From the NCBI GenBank assembly GCA_025558095.1, contig JAIVFI010000005.1:744001-808000 (forward strand): a stretch of 64,000 bases of DNA. Direction: 5' to 3'. The notes beneath the pieces were generated by a model. It saw only the letters and a program-made list of their open reading frames with translations, ran no database searches and was not told where the DNA came from. This document shows, in pieces, positions 1 through 11,134 of the stretch (its first letter is position 1; each line of letters opens with the position of its first letter). A program made the position numbers and the translations under genes. This DNA is from Hyaloraphidium curvatum SAG 235-1. Taxonomy: Eukaryota; Fungi; Monoblepharomycota.

Positions 1-855
1 CCGTTCGATGATGCTACGAAGGTCGTCGTCCGAGATCGACGCATCCAGCCTCGCGTAGGCTTCCAGCTTGGCCTTGATGTCGTCCATCGCCTCCTTCCGC
101 GCGGCAACCTCGCGCGAGATTTCCCACTCGGCCCAGTCGACCCGGGTCTGGTCCGCCTTCCGCTTGTCCTCCAAGGCGTGCTCCAACCGCGTCACCAGCC
201 GCTCCAAAAAGCGCTCCCGCGTCGACAGCTTCGCTTCCTCCTTCTTTTTGAGGTACCGCGCGTACCAGTCCGGCTCCTTCTTCTGCTGCGAGGCAAGGAG
301 CCGCAGCCGCACCAGCTCCAGTTCCCGCCGGACCTTGGGCAGGAACTCCAGGGCAAACAGGCTGTGCGTGTCCGTCGGCGAGTCCACGAGCTCGATCAGG
401 GCGCGCTCGCCCTGGTCGCGCTGCCGGTAGCCCGCGAGGGTGACGCGGGCAAAGTTCTTCTTGCGGTCGCGGTAGCGGAACCGCAGCTCCCCGAGCAGCT
501 TGGGGACCACGGTCTCTTGTTGCTGCAGGATGGCCGCGGCGCGATGCGCCCGTGAGCAGGATTCCGGCGCCGATCGCGGCGGGCACCCACGTAGACCTTG
601 TAGCGGAGCGCCCACCGCGCGTAGTCCGTATCGCGCTTCGCCAGCGCGATGGCCTGCCGCCACATGAGCCGTATTAGGGACATCGAGGCGCGCGGCCGGC
701 GTTCCCACCTTCTCGGCCACCTTCTGGACCTCGCGCGCCTTTGCGTTTGTCGTGATTATCTGCTCGTGCACGACGAGCTGGCCGAGCAGCGTCCGCAGCA
801 GGTCGCGGCGGTGCAGCGCCGTGCGGCCGAGCTTCCGCATTCGCTGCATCGGCAT
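1..855 (-). CDS. MRPL17: Mitochondrial ribosomal protein bL17m (3' end runs off the window; 2 introns, 654-708 and ~526-590)
   Basis: Spliced translation MPMQRMRKLGRTALHRRDLLRTLLGQLVVHEQIITTNAKAREVQKVAEK|AIALAKR...VVPKLLGELRFRYRDRKKNFARVTLAGYRQRDQGERALIELVD matches the L17 consensus (RKLGR..HR, HE.I.TT.KA.E, RY..R..GYTR...IELVD), with a fungal-type C-terminal extension. Confidence 0.92.
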   Translation of the reverse strand, partial: MPMQRMRKLGRTALHRRDLLRTLLGQLVVHEQIITTNAKAREVQKVAEKVGTPAARLDVPNTAHVAAGHRAGEARYGLRAVGAPLQGLRGCPPRSAPESCSRAHRAAAILQQQETVVPKLLGELRFRYRDRKKNFARVTLAGYRQRDQGERALIELVDSPTDTHSLFALEFLPKVRRELELVRLRLLASQQKKEPDWYARYLKKKEEAKLSTRERFLERLVTRLEHALEDKRKADQTRVDWAEWEISREVAARKEAMDDIKAKLEAYARLDASISDDDLRSIIER

Positions 856-957
856 CGTGGCGGCGATGCGCGGGATGGCGCGCGGGGAGAGGTGTGCGGC
901 GGTCGCGCGCCGCGCGCGCTGCGAGTGATGCGGGGAAGACGCGACTTCAATGCGCCA

Positions 958-2926
958 ATGCCCACGGCCGCCCTGCTCTTCAATGGAGCGGTCGTCTTCT
1001 GGTGCGAACTGTTCCGAAGCGGCGATCGATCTCCCCTGAGTTTCCGCGGAGCTCCCTCGCCGTGTTCTACCTCTTCGGCTGGGTCTTCACGGAATCGAAG
1101 CTCTTCGCCAACTACGCGGTCCACAACAATGTCGTCCGCGTCGTCTTTGCCCTGCTCTTTGCGCTGTCGTGCGAGGTGTTTGAGCTCATCATCTTTGAGA
1201 TCCTGGACGTGCTGAACAGGGAGTGGGTCGGTCTCCCGGAGCTTGTGTTCCCGAGCTGACGTGTCGTCCGCAGCTTCCGGCGCTGGCACTGGTACGAATC
1301 GCTTCCTTTGGCGCTTGACTCACCCGTTCGGATCGCTGAATGGCCGTTCCGCCGCTTGTTTTGGGAGCAGGAAGTTCTCCCTCTTCCTCATCCTCACGAT
1401 CACCGTCTGCGTGGTCCCGTTCTACCAGTTCGTCATATTCTTTTCTAATCGCCGCTACGGTGCGTTGTCAGACGTGCTCTTTACTCCCTTGGAGGAGCGA
1501 AGGGAGGACCAACTGACTGGGATGCCGGCCAACAGCATGGACAAGGCGGTACCGATATCACCTCTCGTCCCTCTTCTTCATCCCCTACGCTTTCCTCTTC
1601 TGGAAGGTCGGCGACTGGTTCCCGATCCGCTCGGACGGCGATGCGGGGAGAAGGAGCTCCTGTGAGCACTGCAACGGGCCCATGGCCAGGGGGCACACTG
1701 ACAGCCGTGGCAGACCTCGGGGAGGCGCAGATTGAGGCGACCATGGGCCGTGTGGGGGTGGTCGGGGTCACGATGATGGCTCTGCTTTCGGGCTTTGGCG
1801 CGGTGAACGCGCCGTACACGTCTCTTTTCTTCTTTCTCCGGTGCGTTGGCTTCCGTCGGTCATCAGCCTCGCACTCACTTTCGGGACAGACCAGTGACTG
1901 CCGCGCAGATCACTGCCGCGGAGAAGCGTCTCGCCCTGGCGGACGACCAGCTGGCGCACAAGCGCCGCAAGATGGAGGCGGCGCGGACCAAGGTGCAGGA
2001 GCAGGAGCAGCGCACCCGGCGCGACGGCGTGGCGGGCCTAGCGCGGCGGGTGTGGACCACCGTGGCGGGCAAGGGCAAGGACCACGAGATGCTGCGGATG
2101 CTGGAGCACGACATCGCGGCCATGGAGACCTTCAGGGACACCATGGCCGCGGATCTGGACGACATGCAGGCCGAGCGGGTGGGCCGACAATCCGGTCCGC
2201 TTTTGCTGCGGCTGATTGGGATCCGCAGAAACGCACCGAGGAGGCCAAGACCCTGCGCGGACAGTACGCCAACGTCCTCGGCGTCCTCTTTTCCGTCTAC
2301 TGCGTCTACAAGGTTGTTATGTCGACCGTCAACATCGCCTTCAACCGCACCGGCGGCTCGGACCCGGTCACGTACGCCATCACGCTGCTGATCGAGCTCG
2401 TGGGCTGGACGACGATCGACGTGGAGCTGTGGTCGCAGCAGCTCAGCTTCGCGCTGATCGGCGTGATGATCTTTGCCACCATTCGGAGCCTGCTCATACA
2501 GCTCATGAAGGTGCCGCGCGTACTAGCTGCTGCGCGTGCGACGGGCTCTGACTTGCCCCGCCCCGCAGTTCTTCCAGTTCATCTCGACCGTCTCCATCTC
2601 CCACGAATCCGTCCTCCTCTTCCTCGCCCAGATCATGGGCATGTACTTCTCCTCCACCGTGCTCATGATGCGCAGCACGCTGCCGCCGCAGTACCGCACC
2701 ATCATCACCGACCTGCTGCCGTCGACCGACTTTGCGTTTTACCACAGGTGGTTCGACGTGCTGTTTGTGATTTCGGCGCTGCTGTCCATGGTGGGTGATG
2801 CGGGCCGCAACGGCCGGAGCGCAGCTCAAACAGCCGCATGCTCCGCAGGGCTTTGTGTGGTTCAGCGAGCAGATGCTGCGGAGCAAGGAGGAAGGCTGGA
2901 TCGGGCTCAGCCTGTCCTCCGTGTAG
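958..2926 (+). CDS. GPR89: Golgi pH regulator / GPR89 (ABA-GPCR-like), multi-exon
   Basis: Exons encode FALSCEVFELIIFEI, RVGVVGVTMMALLSGFGAVNAPY, SQQLSFALIGVMI, LAQIMGMYFSSTVLMMR and FYHRWFDVLFVISA, which are GPR89 hallmark motifs; GT-AG introns link them. Confidence 0.95.
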
Positions 2927-2967
2927 CGCCCCGACCTTCGAATACCCGCGCGCGCCAGAGCGGCCCG

Positions 2968-3570
2968 CTACACCTTGATTCCGGCCAGCTTCGCCTCCAA
3001 CGCCGCAACTTCGTCCTCCAGTTCCGGAAGGCGGGAAACCTTGGCCTCCTGCTCGGGGAGCAGAGCGTCCCCGGCGGCCTTCTTTGCCTCGAGGTCCTTT
3101 GCCTGCTGCAACTTCTTTTTCAGGTTCCGGAGGTGTTTCTGGTCGTCCGCTGGGGTGGCTTCCGCCGCTGCCGGGTCGGCAGGGGCGGCACCGGCCGCGG
3201 AGGTGGCGGCAACAGGAGGCTCGGTCTGCCCGTCGGCCTGATCGCCCTCCTCGTCCCCTCCCTCCCCTCCCTTCTTCTTCTTCGCCCTCCTCTTTTCGTT
3301 CTTTTTCGCTGCCTTGCTCTTCTCGGCCTCGCCCGGCGCGTGCCCGGCCTTGTTCTTGTCCACGACCCCCAGCCCGACCACGTAGCCCTCGGGCAGCTTC
3401 ATCCCCTCCACCTTCTGGTTTGCATACCGCGCCACGTCCTCTGGCGGCACGTATCCGGGGCGAATGCGGATCTCCTTGCGCAGGGAGCCATCCGCGCGGC
3501 GGGTGGCGGCGACGACGCGCTCGCCGTCCTTGGCGACAATGCCGGCGGCGCTGGGCTGCGGGCGTGACAT
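2968..3570 (-). CDS. PYM1: Partner of Y14 and mago (PYM/WIBG), exon-junction-complex disassembly factor
   Basis: N-terminal Mago-binding motif GERVVAATRRADGSLRKEIRIRPGYVPPEDVARY and C-terminal RNLKKKLQQAKDLE...LLPEQEAKV. Confidence 0.93.
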   Translation of the reverse strand: MSRPQPSAAGIVAKDGERVVAATRRADGSLRKEIRIRPGYVPPEDVARYANQKVEGMKLPEGYVVGLGVVDKNKAGHAPGEAEKSKAAKKNEKRRAKKKKGGEGGDEEGDQADGQTEPPVAATSAAGAAPADPAAAEATPADDQKHLRNLKKKLQQAKDLEAKKAAGDALLPEQEAKVSRLPELEDEVAALEAKLAGIKV

Positions 3571-3806
3571 CGGACGATGCGATGCGACTTTTGAAGGTGG
3601 CCTGGCGCGATTCCGAGGGCGAGAGCGTGGGCTGCTCAACGCTTGTCTGTAGTGATCGGCGAGAAGTCGCGAATTTGCTGTTTGGCCTTCGAAGTCCCCC
3701 AACCTGTCGATCGAAGCCCCGCAGCATTCGGGCGGCCGCAGGCGGACGCCGGGGCTGACACGGGCGCGGAGCTCACGCGGTGCCGGCGGCGACCGCACGG
3801 TGCGCG

Positions 3807-5207
3807 ATGGCGGACTTTGCCGCGGCGGAGCCGATAGCGCCGGAGCGGGCACTGGAGGCGCCGGCGGACACCGCCGCACTGTCAGAGGGCGGGGCGGCGC
3901 ACATGGACGCTGAGAGGACCGGCGAGGACGGCGGCGACGCAGGCGGGGACGGGGCAGGCCCCGGGGCACCCGCCTCGGACGACGTGCCGCGCACGCCGAC
4001 CCGCGGCTCGCCGTCGCCCGCGCCGTCGTCGGACGACACGTCGCCCGCCGCAACGCCCTCCAAGCCGCACTGGAAGGCGCTCATGAAGGAGCGCGAGAAG
4101 ACCGCCCCGCGGTGCAGGGTCATCGTGCACCCGGACGACGCCCGCGACAAGGTGCTCATGGGCATCGTGCGCGTGCTCATCAAGAGCGGGAACATCCCGA
4201 GCACGCCCAAGGAGCTCACGGCCATGATCTTGCACTGGAAGATCGTGCGAATGGGGTGCGTGGAACCCAGCCTGCTTGACATTCCATTTCGCTGACACCC
4301 TCTCCGCTTCCTTCCTCGCCCCTTCCATTCGTCATTTGCACCTTTCTACCTCTCTGCTTTGGGCATGCAGCGGCGCGACGCCGCACGCAACGATCTCGTC
4401 CCGGATCTCGCAGCACTTCAAGCGCTGCGCCGAAGCCAACCCCGTCCGCGAGCCGATCCTGGGCGCCTGGGCCGCTGAAGGCGTGCGCCGCCTGAGGTAC
4501 TTTGTGAACCACAAGGGCGTGCCGGTCGCGGAGGTGCCCAAGTCGCGCCTGGAGTACCGGCTGCAGCTCGAGGACCCGGTCCCGGGCAAAGACGGCGCCG
4601 CCACACCGGACGGCAAGGAAGGGGAAAAGAAGACGCCGGTCAAGAAGCTCAAGTCGGGCGCTTCCAGCCGCCAGCCGACCCCAACGCCCCTCACCAAGGT
4701 CAAGAACATACCCCTGGCTCTCCAGACCAGCGGTAGGTCAACCGCATGGGTGCGCACCCGATCATGTTCACTCATTCCACGACCCTTCCAGCCGTCATGT
4801 ACGCGCCCGGCGAGAAGCCCCTTTTCCCCCCCGAACCCGCCCCCGCTCCCGCGGCTGTCCTTGCCGCGGGCCTCCTCCCCCACCAGCAGATCCCCGTGCA
4901 GCCCGAGAGCTCCCCTTCCCCCGCGCCCGGCCACGCGGTGGAGCTCAACGCGATCTCGCTCGACGTCCCTGCCGAGGAGCCCGCGGCCCCGGCCCCGGCC
5001 GCGGGCGCCAAGCGCGACCGCGACGCGTTCGAGGACGACGACGACCACGCGGTCGTGCCCTCGGTCTCGACGGTCGTCTCGCCCGCGGCGCCCAAGAAGA
5101 AGAAGAAGAAGAAGGCGGCCGCAGAGCAGGCCGGCCTGTTCGACGATGGCTTCCTCGATTCGCTGGGGGCCAAGCTGAAGAGCGACCTGGACCCCGCCGA
5201 GGCCTGA
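3807..5207 (+). CDS. Winged-helix (GDS1/HARE-HTH-like) domain protein, 2 introns
   Basis: DDARDKVLMGIVRVLIKSGNIPSTPKELTAMIL...G|GATPHATISSRISQHFKR resembles the fungal GDS1/HARE-HTH domain; disordered flanks and a poly-Lys NLS-like tract. Confidence 0.7.
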
Positions 5208-5755
5208 TCGGCCCCGCTTGCGACGATCTCTTAGTGGACTTTCTCGTTGGACATTTTGCCGCCATCTTTTGCGGCTTGCACTCTTCATTCTGCTGCCGGT
5301 CGGCTCATTCGCACGATTCACGACACTCATTCCACGCCACCTCACGTCAAGACACTAATCAAGCACGCACGCACAGCACGCACATTCCACGCAACCACGC
5401 ACGGCGGATCACGACACCCATGATGAGGCGGAGATGCACGGGAGGAGGAGGAGGGGGCCCGCAGGGCGGGCAGGTCATTTTTGAGGTGTAGATACCAATG
5501 CACGGTTCAAACTCCCCAAGCGCCAGTTGCTCCTCCACAGCATAGAGAAGCCGCATCAACGGCCGATCGGAAAGGCGATAGCGCGCACATAGCGCCGTGG
5601 GGGAGGCGCGATCGGATATGGTGTGCGTGATCGTTAGTCGGCCCGACATTCCGCCCGCTCCGCTTCCGCTTTCCGCTCGTCTCCCTCGCTGCATCGCGTC
5701 CGACGCGTCTGCCGGTCGACACTCCACGCTGCAGATTGCCTCCGCGCTGCCGAAA

Positions 5756-6804
5756 ATGGCTTTCCACTACGACAAAACCACCGCGCTGGAGCCCGCGCCG
5801 GGGAAGAAGGACACTTTCCACCACACCTTCCACGCGTCCTGGCTCAACGAGGGCGGCGGCCCGCTCGGCTCCGTGATCATCGCCGTCGTGCTCAAGGCCA
5901 TCCTCCACGTCACCAAGCCCCTGGGCTTCCCGGACCCTGTCACGCTGTACTCGACCTTCCTCGCGAGCCCGTCTGCGGGGCAGCGCTGCGAGATCCGGGT
6001 GGAGATACTGAAGAGGGGGCGGCAGTTCTGCTTCGCCGAGGGCCGGCTGTTCATCCCCGGCCGGAAGGATCCGGCGGAGCTGGAGCTCGCCTTCACGGCC
6101 CAGGGCTCTTTCGGGACCCTCTCTTCCGACGCGCGGCAGCCCATCTTCTCGCCCGGCCCGATTGCCCTCCCGTACTACAAGCTACAACCTTACCCTACCG
6201 CGACGGGAAAGTCGCCCAGCGAATCCGTGGACGTGTTTTCCGTCGTCGACGAGCTCCTGATCGCGCCGTACCTCGAGAACCTCTCGATGCTGGTGGACAA
6301 GGCCGCCGTCGAGGACGTCGTCAGACAGACCGAGGCCCAGATGAAGGCCGGGTTCGCGCCGGACATGATGGCTGCCTCGTACGGGGACTTGTGGATGGGC
6401 GACCGGGACCGCAGGCCGCCAGACTACGAGGCGCTGGCCATCTACAGCGACGTGGCGCCGACCTTCAACGCCAAGATGCACAACCTGTACGCGGACAACG
6501 AGCCGCACATGATGAGCACCGTCGCAGAGGCGATACACTTTTTGGCTCCGGTGGGTGGCTTGCTGCTCCTTCGGGGCGCTCATCTCACTCCATTTGGCAG
6601 ATCCCCGAGGACAATGGCCCGTTCGTGCGCGTCCGCGCCAACTACACCGTCTGCAGCCGCGATCTCGTGGAGTACGAGACTGCCATTTGGGACCGGCAGG
6701 GAAACCCGATCGCGTTGGCGAGGCAGGTGGGCCTGCTCAGGAAGCTCGACAATGCCAAGGAGGGTTCGGTGGCCGCCGCGGTGGGCAAGAAGGCAAAGAT
6801 GTAG
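5756..6804 (+). CDS. Double-hotdog thioesterase-like protein (intron ~6551-6600)
   Basis: W...GGPLGSVIIAVVLKA, PDPVTLYSTFL, VEILKRGRQF, DYEALAIYSD and IWDRQGNPIALARQVGL are typical of TesB-like thioesterases. Confidence 0.85.
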
Positions 6805-6926
6805 ATGAGGGAATGTAGACCTAGATAGACGTACGGAGCATCTTCAATTGATCGATGGAGGGTGCGCGGCCCCGCATGCGGACTCTTCCCTGAATTCGCT
6901 TCCGGTCCCTGCCTTCTCGAGTCGCG

Positions 6927-9650
6927 ATGGGTGCGCCGCAGCCGCCGGCCAGTTCGTTCGAGGACGCGGCCAAGGCGGTGCGGCACCTGCGCGGTGCGCG
7001 GGCCGCCGCGGTCGCGCTCCTCACCGCGGCGAGGACGGCGCCGGCCGACGCCGCCGCGATCGGCATCCCCGCGCACTGCGCCGGCGCGGAGGGCGGCGCC
7101 GCGCTGAAGACGGCGCTCTTTACCGCGCCCGATGGGCGGAGCCACTCGGGAAGAGACGGCGCACGCGCAGGCCTCGGAAGCGCGGATCCCAAGGGGGCGC
7201 CGGCGAACGCCCCCGCAAACGACGCCTCGCCGCTCTTTGCCGTGCGCGCCGTTCGCGCACAGTACCAGAGCGCGCGCCAGCGCGCCATCCTCGCCGCCGC
7301 CCGGCCGGCCCCGTCGCGGACCTTTGATCCCGCCGTCCCGCTCGCCGACGTGCTCTCGCACCTTCACCCTTCGCACCCCCTGCGGCGCACCGCGGTGCAT
7401 CTTTCCGAATGGCTCGACGATCACGTTGCGAGGCTGTGGACGGCGCATCGCGCGTACGAGGCTGCGGAAGCTGAGATGGAGGCTGAACGGGAGGCCGAGA
7501 GGGCTTCTCGTGCAGGAGGGTTCACGGCCATCGCTGGGCGCCCTAGCGTTGACGATTTCGTGTTTCCGGCATACGGGAGGTACGGTGGCGTTGAGGAGCA
7601 CAAGACGGGGCCTCCCAATGGAGGAGTGGCAGAACCAGCCGACGCCTCTCGGACCCCTGCCGCCAAGGCGGCCGGTACGCCGGCCTCTCGGGCAACACGC
7701 ACGCCCAGGACATCGCGAAAGTCAAAGGTGGCGAACCACGCCCTCCGACCCGGCGTGCCGACGCTCGGATCGCTCGCCGCTGCGGCCGTGGGCGAGCTGT
7801 GCGCGCGCAGAAGCATCTCGGCTTCTGTCACATTGGACGATACGCCGGCTTCTTCCCCAACTTCCGCTTCAGCCTCGGACGAATCTCCATCGAATCTCGT
7901 CTCGATTTCGGTTCCGGCAGAGGACGATGTTGTCTTCTACTCCCGCATCCCCTTCCTCCATCGCCGCGACGTGCTCCTTTCCCACGCTCTTCATCTGGCC
8001 CTCGCGCACGCTCCCCTGCCGGCCCTCATTGCATCCGTCCTTCGCACGTGCCAGCGTGCCGGCTACCTGCCAGGAGCCCGGGCGTGCCTCTCCCGCCTCG
8101 CCGCCATCCGCGAGGGCGGCTCACGATCGGCGCTCGAGTTCTGGAAGTGGTTCATCCCCTCCGCCCGGACCGCGGGCTGGGCGGACTCGGCCTTGGCGGC
8201 GGCCCTCGCGGATTCGCAGCACGCTTCGTACGATCCCGCCGAATCGCCGCCCGGAGGCCGGCTGCGCGCGGAGCGGCTCGCGGCGTCGGAGGAGCTCTCG
8301 GACGGCGAGGCCGTGCGTTTCGCGGCCGCTGCGTTCGAGATGGTGCTGGCCGGAATGGAAGGCACGGTGGATGTGCATCCCTCGCACCTGTCTGCAGCGG
8401 AGGCGCTGTCTGCTACCATCGTCTCGCGTTCCGTTTCGGCGGCTGATGCCCCGGAGCCAGCTCAGGCCTCGGCGCGGGCCGTGCTAACGGCCGCACTTGC
8501 CGCCTCGCTGTCGAAAGCTTGCAAGAACGAGGCTCCCCAGGCCGTCCTCCTGGTCTGCATGCACGCCCTACGCCTCTGCTCCGACTTTGGATACCCCGTA
8601 CCTCCTTCCCTGTCCCAGGCTCTCCGCGACCCTTCGGTGGAATCCGCCGACCCTGCTCCCCTCCTCGACGCCCACGCCGCCCGCCCGGAGCTCCTCCTCC
8701 GTCTCGCATCCACCGCCTTGCGGGAAGGATGCCACGGGGCCGCGTACCGCCCCCTGCAGCACCTCGCCGCCACGGGCGCGGACCTGGTGCGGGAGCTCGC
8801 CGAGTGCGAGCGCGGGCTGGAAGGCGCGGGGAGGGCGAGGTGGAAGTTCGACCCGCTGGTGGGATCGTACGTGCCCGCCACGCCCGCGGTGGTGCGGCGG
8901 GTGGCTCCGGAGAGCGAGTCGGAGAGCGAGGCGGAGGAGAGGGCGAGGAAGCCCAGGAAGCCGGCGGGGGCGCGCAGGAAGGCCGCCGCCGAGGACGACA
9001 GCGAGGACGAGGTGGTGAGGTTCCGGAGGCCCGAGACAGAGAGCGAAGGAAGCGACGAGGAGAGCGGGTCGGAGCGATCGAACCGGTCGGACGAGACGGA
9101 CGGATCGGAGAGCGACGGCTCCTCCTCCGATGAGGACGCAAGCTCCCACAGCGACCGCGATTCCGATTCCACCGTGCCCCTGGCCGCACGTCTCCGTTCG
9201 GGACTGTGCGTGACGCCGGCGGCCGAGGCTGCGGGCAGGAAGCTCGTGGGCAAGGTGACGAGGAGCATGGGCAAGCTCAGCGTCGGGAAGCGGGCTCGGC
9301 AGTCCTCGTCGTCTTCGTCTTCGAGCGGATCGGATTCCGGCAGGCAGAAGGCGGAGCAGGAGAGCAGCGGATCGGAGGCGCCGACGCCGCGGAGGACGCT
9401 CAAGCGCCGCAAGCGTTCCCCTTCGCCTTCTTCCTCCTCGTCTTCGGAGGACGAGATCGCCGCCCTCCCGGCCCGCAGGCCCCTCGCTCCTCGCGCTGCG
9501 GGCCGGCCGGCCGCGATGCGGGTGTTTGTGCGGGGCGGCAAGGAGAACTCGCCGACGGGCAAGGTGAACGCGGCTTTCAGGGTGGCGGCGGTGCCCAAGT
9601 TCCCGCTCGCGGGAGAATACGATTCGGACGCGGATCCGCTGGCGATGTAG
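6927..9650 (+). CDS. Hypothetical protein (907 aa) with a helical core and an acidic/Ser-rich disordered C-terminus
   Basis: Long uninterrupted ORF with coding-like codon usage; motifs VPTLGSLAAAAVG and RWKFDPLVGSYVPATP; no family recognised with confidence. Confidence 0.7.
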   Translation: MGAPQPPASSFEDAAKAVRHLRGARAAAVALLTAARTAPADAAAIGIPAHCAGAEGGAALKTALFTAPDGRSHSGRDGARAGLGSADPKGAPANAPANDASPLFAVRAVRAQYQSARQRAILAAARPAPSRTFDPAVPLADVLSHLHPSHPLRRTAVHLSEWLDDHVARLWTAHRAYEAAEAEMEAEREAERASRAGGFTAIAGRPSVDDFVFPAYGRYGGVEEHKTGPPNGGVAEPADASRTPAAKAAGTPASRATRTPRTSRKSKVANHALRPGVPTLGSLAAAAVGELCARRSISASVTLDDTPASSPTSASASDESPSNLVSISVPAEDDVVFYSRIPFLHRRDVLLSHALHLALAHAPLPALIASVLRTCQRAGYLPGARACLSRLAAIREGGSRSALEFWKWFIPSARTAGWADSALAAALADSQHASYDPAESPPGGRLRAERLAASEELSDGEAVRFAAAAFEMVLAGMEGTVDVHPSHLSAAEALSATIVSRSVSAADAPEPAQASARAVLTAALAASLSKACKNEAPQAVLLVCMHALRLCSDFGYPVPPSLSQALRDPSVESADPAPLLDAHAARPELLLRLASTALREGCHGAAYRPLQHLAATGADLVRELAECERGLEGAGRARWKFDPLVGSYVPATPAVVRRVAPESESESEAEERARKPRKPAGARRKAAAEDDSEDEVVRFRRPETESEGSDEESGSERSNRSDETDGSESDGSSSDEDASSHSDRDSDSTVPLAARLRSGLCVTPAAEAAGRKLVGKVTRSMGKLSVGKRARQSSSSSSSSGSDSGRQKAEQESSGSEAPTPRRTLKRRKRSPSPSSSSSSEDEIAALPARRPLAPRAAGRPAAMRVFVRGGKENSPTGKVNAAFRVAAVPKFPLAGEYDSDADPLAM

Positions 9651-9851
9651 AGGCAGGGAGTGAAATGGTGGATGATGCTTTGATCGAAGGCAACTAGCTA
9701 GAGTGTCACAAAGAGCCCCGCGCGGGTGTTTGCAGAACTCGACATACTCGGAGGCCGCGTGGTCAGTTAGAAACCGCGGTGGCCGCAGGACGTACTCCAG
9801 AGGAACAAGATGATGGCCCGGCACGTTCCATTGCCGATTACGGGGCGAATG

Positions 9852-11009
9852 CTATTTGGGAGCGTACACGTTGACCTTTGACTCCTCATCCTTGCCAAAG
9901 ACAAAACGGTAGGCCCTTTTCGCAGCGTGGGCCAGCTCTGTGACCGTGTCTACCAGCACTTCCACGGTAGTTGACGTCTTGAAAGCATCCCGTATGCTAT
10001 CTGTCTGGTTAAGCCTAGCCCTGATGATACCCTTCGCAGCATTGATTTTCTTGACAAACTCTTCCCTCTTCTGCATGTCATGCTGAGTGCCTTCCAGATC
10101 TATCAACGCTTCCTTGCACTCCTCCTGCAACTTGGCAAACTTCGACCCGAAAATCAGCCTCCATATCCATTTGTCATAGGAACGGTACTGGCCCATCAAT
10201 GCTACCAGCTTCTGTGCCTTTTCAGCCTCGTTCCAGTTGTCGCGCGACTTTATGAGATTATCGAGATCCCTCTCCATTTGCTCCACAGTCGTTGTCAGAT
10301 CCCGAATGGGCCTCGCGTCGTCGGCCTTTGGGTAGTCCGAAAGCACTTTCGACGAGTCCTCCATCAGCTTCTGCCTCAGTGCCTCGACGTTGCGACCCTT
10401 AGTGATGATGATCGAGTCAGGACTGTACGCGTCCACGAGCTTGCCAAGGTAGTTTGCAAACTCCGGGTCGTCATCCTCTGAGTAGTTGTAGGTGATGACC
10501 AAATGGATCTCGACCTTGTCACGGACCAAAGCGAGAAGCGTGCTCAAGAAGTCGTCGAACTCTGGCTGGTTGCGGATTGCCACAGAAAAGCACAACAGGA
10601 AGCGGCTGACGGTGTTTGATGCCCTTGGCACGTCACTGAGGATCTGGGTGAGGGCATACCGGCGCCGCTCCGGGTCCGTGCCGTTGTAGCCCTCCGTGTC
10701 CAAGATGTAGGACGTCTCTGTGAACGCGGATTAGCTTGCAAGACGCCTGCAGCGGGCAGTACGCACTCATGTCGGGAAGAACTACCTCGTACATGTGGCA
10801 GCCCTCGGTTTGCGAGGTCGCGCTGATCGGAGTCACCTTCTCTCCTTTCAAGAGCCGCACGAGCGAAGTCTTGCCGGAGCCCGTCGCGCCGAACAAGATA
10901 GAGCATGTTTTGACGGGCAACTGGCTTTCGGGGACTGGGCACGGTTAGGCAGCGCCTTGCCTGCGCCGATGCGGTGCTCACTAGAGCCCTTTGCGGTGAA
11001 AGACTCCAT
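9852..11009 (-). CDS. P-loop GTPase (AIG1/TRAFAC-like G domain) with C-terminal coiled coil, 2 introns
   Basis: Spliced MESFTAKGS|IPESQLPVKTCSILFGATGSGKTS (G1)...SQT (G2)...DM|KTSYILDTEG (G3)...HLVITY (G4-like); the C-terminal ~150 aa is a heptad-rich helix. Confidence 0.85.
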
Positions 11010-11134
11010 CTCGCGCGATGCAGTAGGGGACTAAGCGCAGGATAGGAGAAGTCAGAACTGGTCAGGGTCCTGGGTGATGGTGTATCAGTCCCGGCCAGGG
11101 TCCTGCAACTGGTCGCCAGCTTGCGAACGCAAAG

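Noticed and set aside
5478-5560. U17/snR30, SECIS or TPP riboswitch identity for the hairpin
   Set aside because: It lacks the snR30 m1 motif, the SECIS AUGA/GA quartet with an upstream same-strand gene, and the TPP CUGAGA core.
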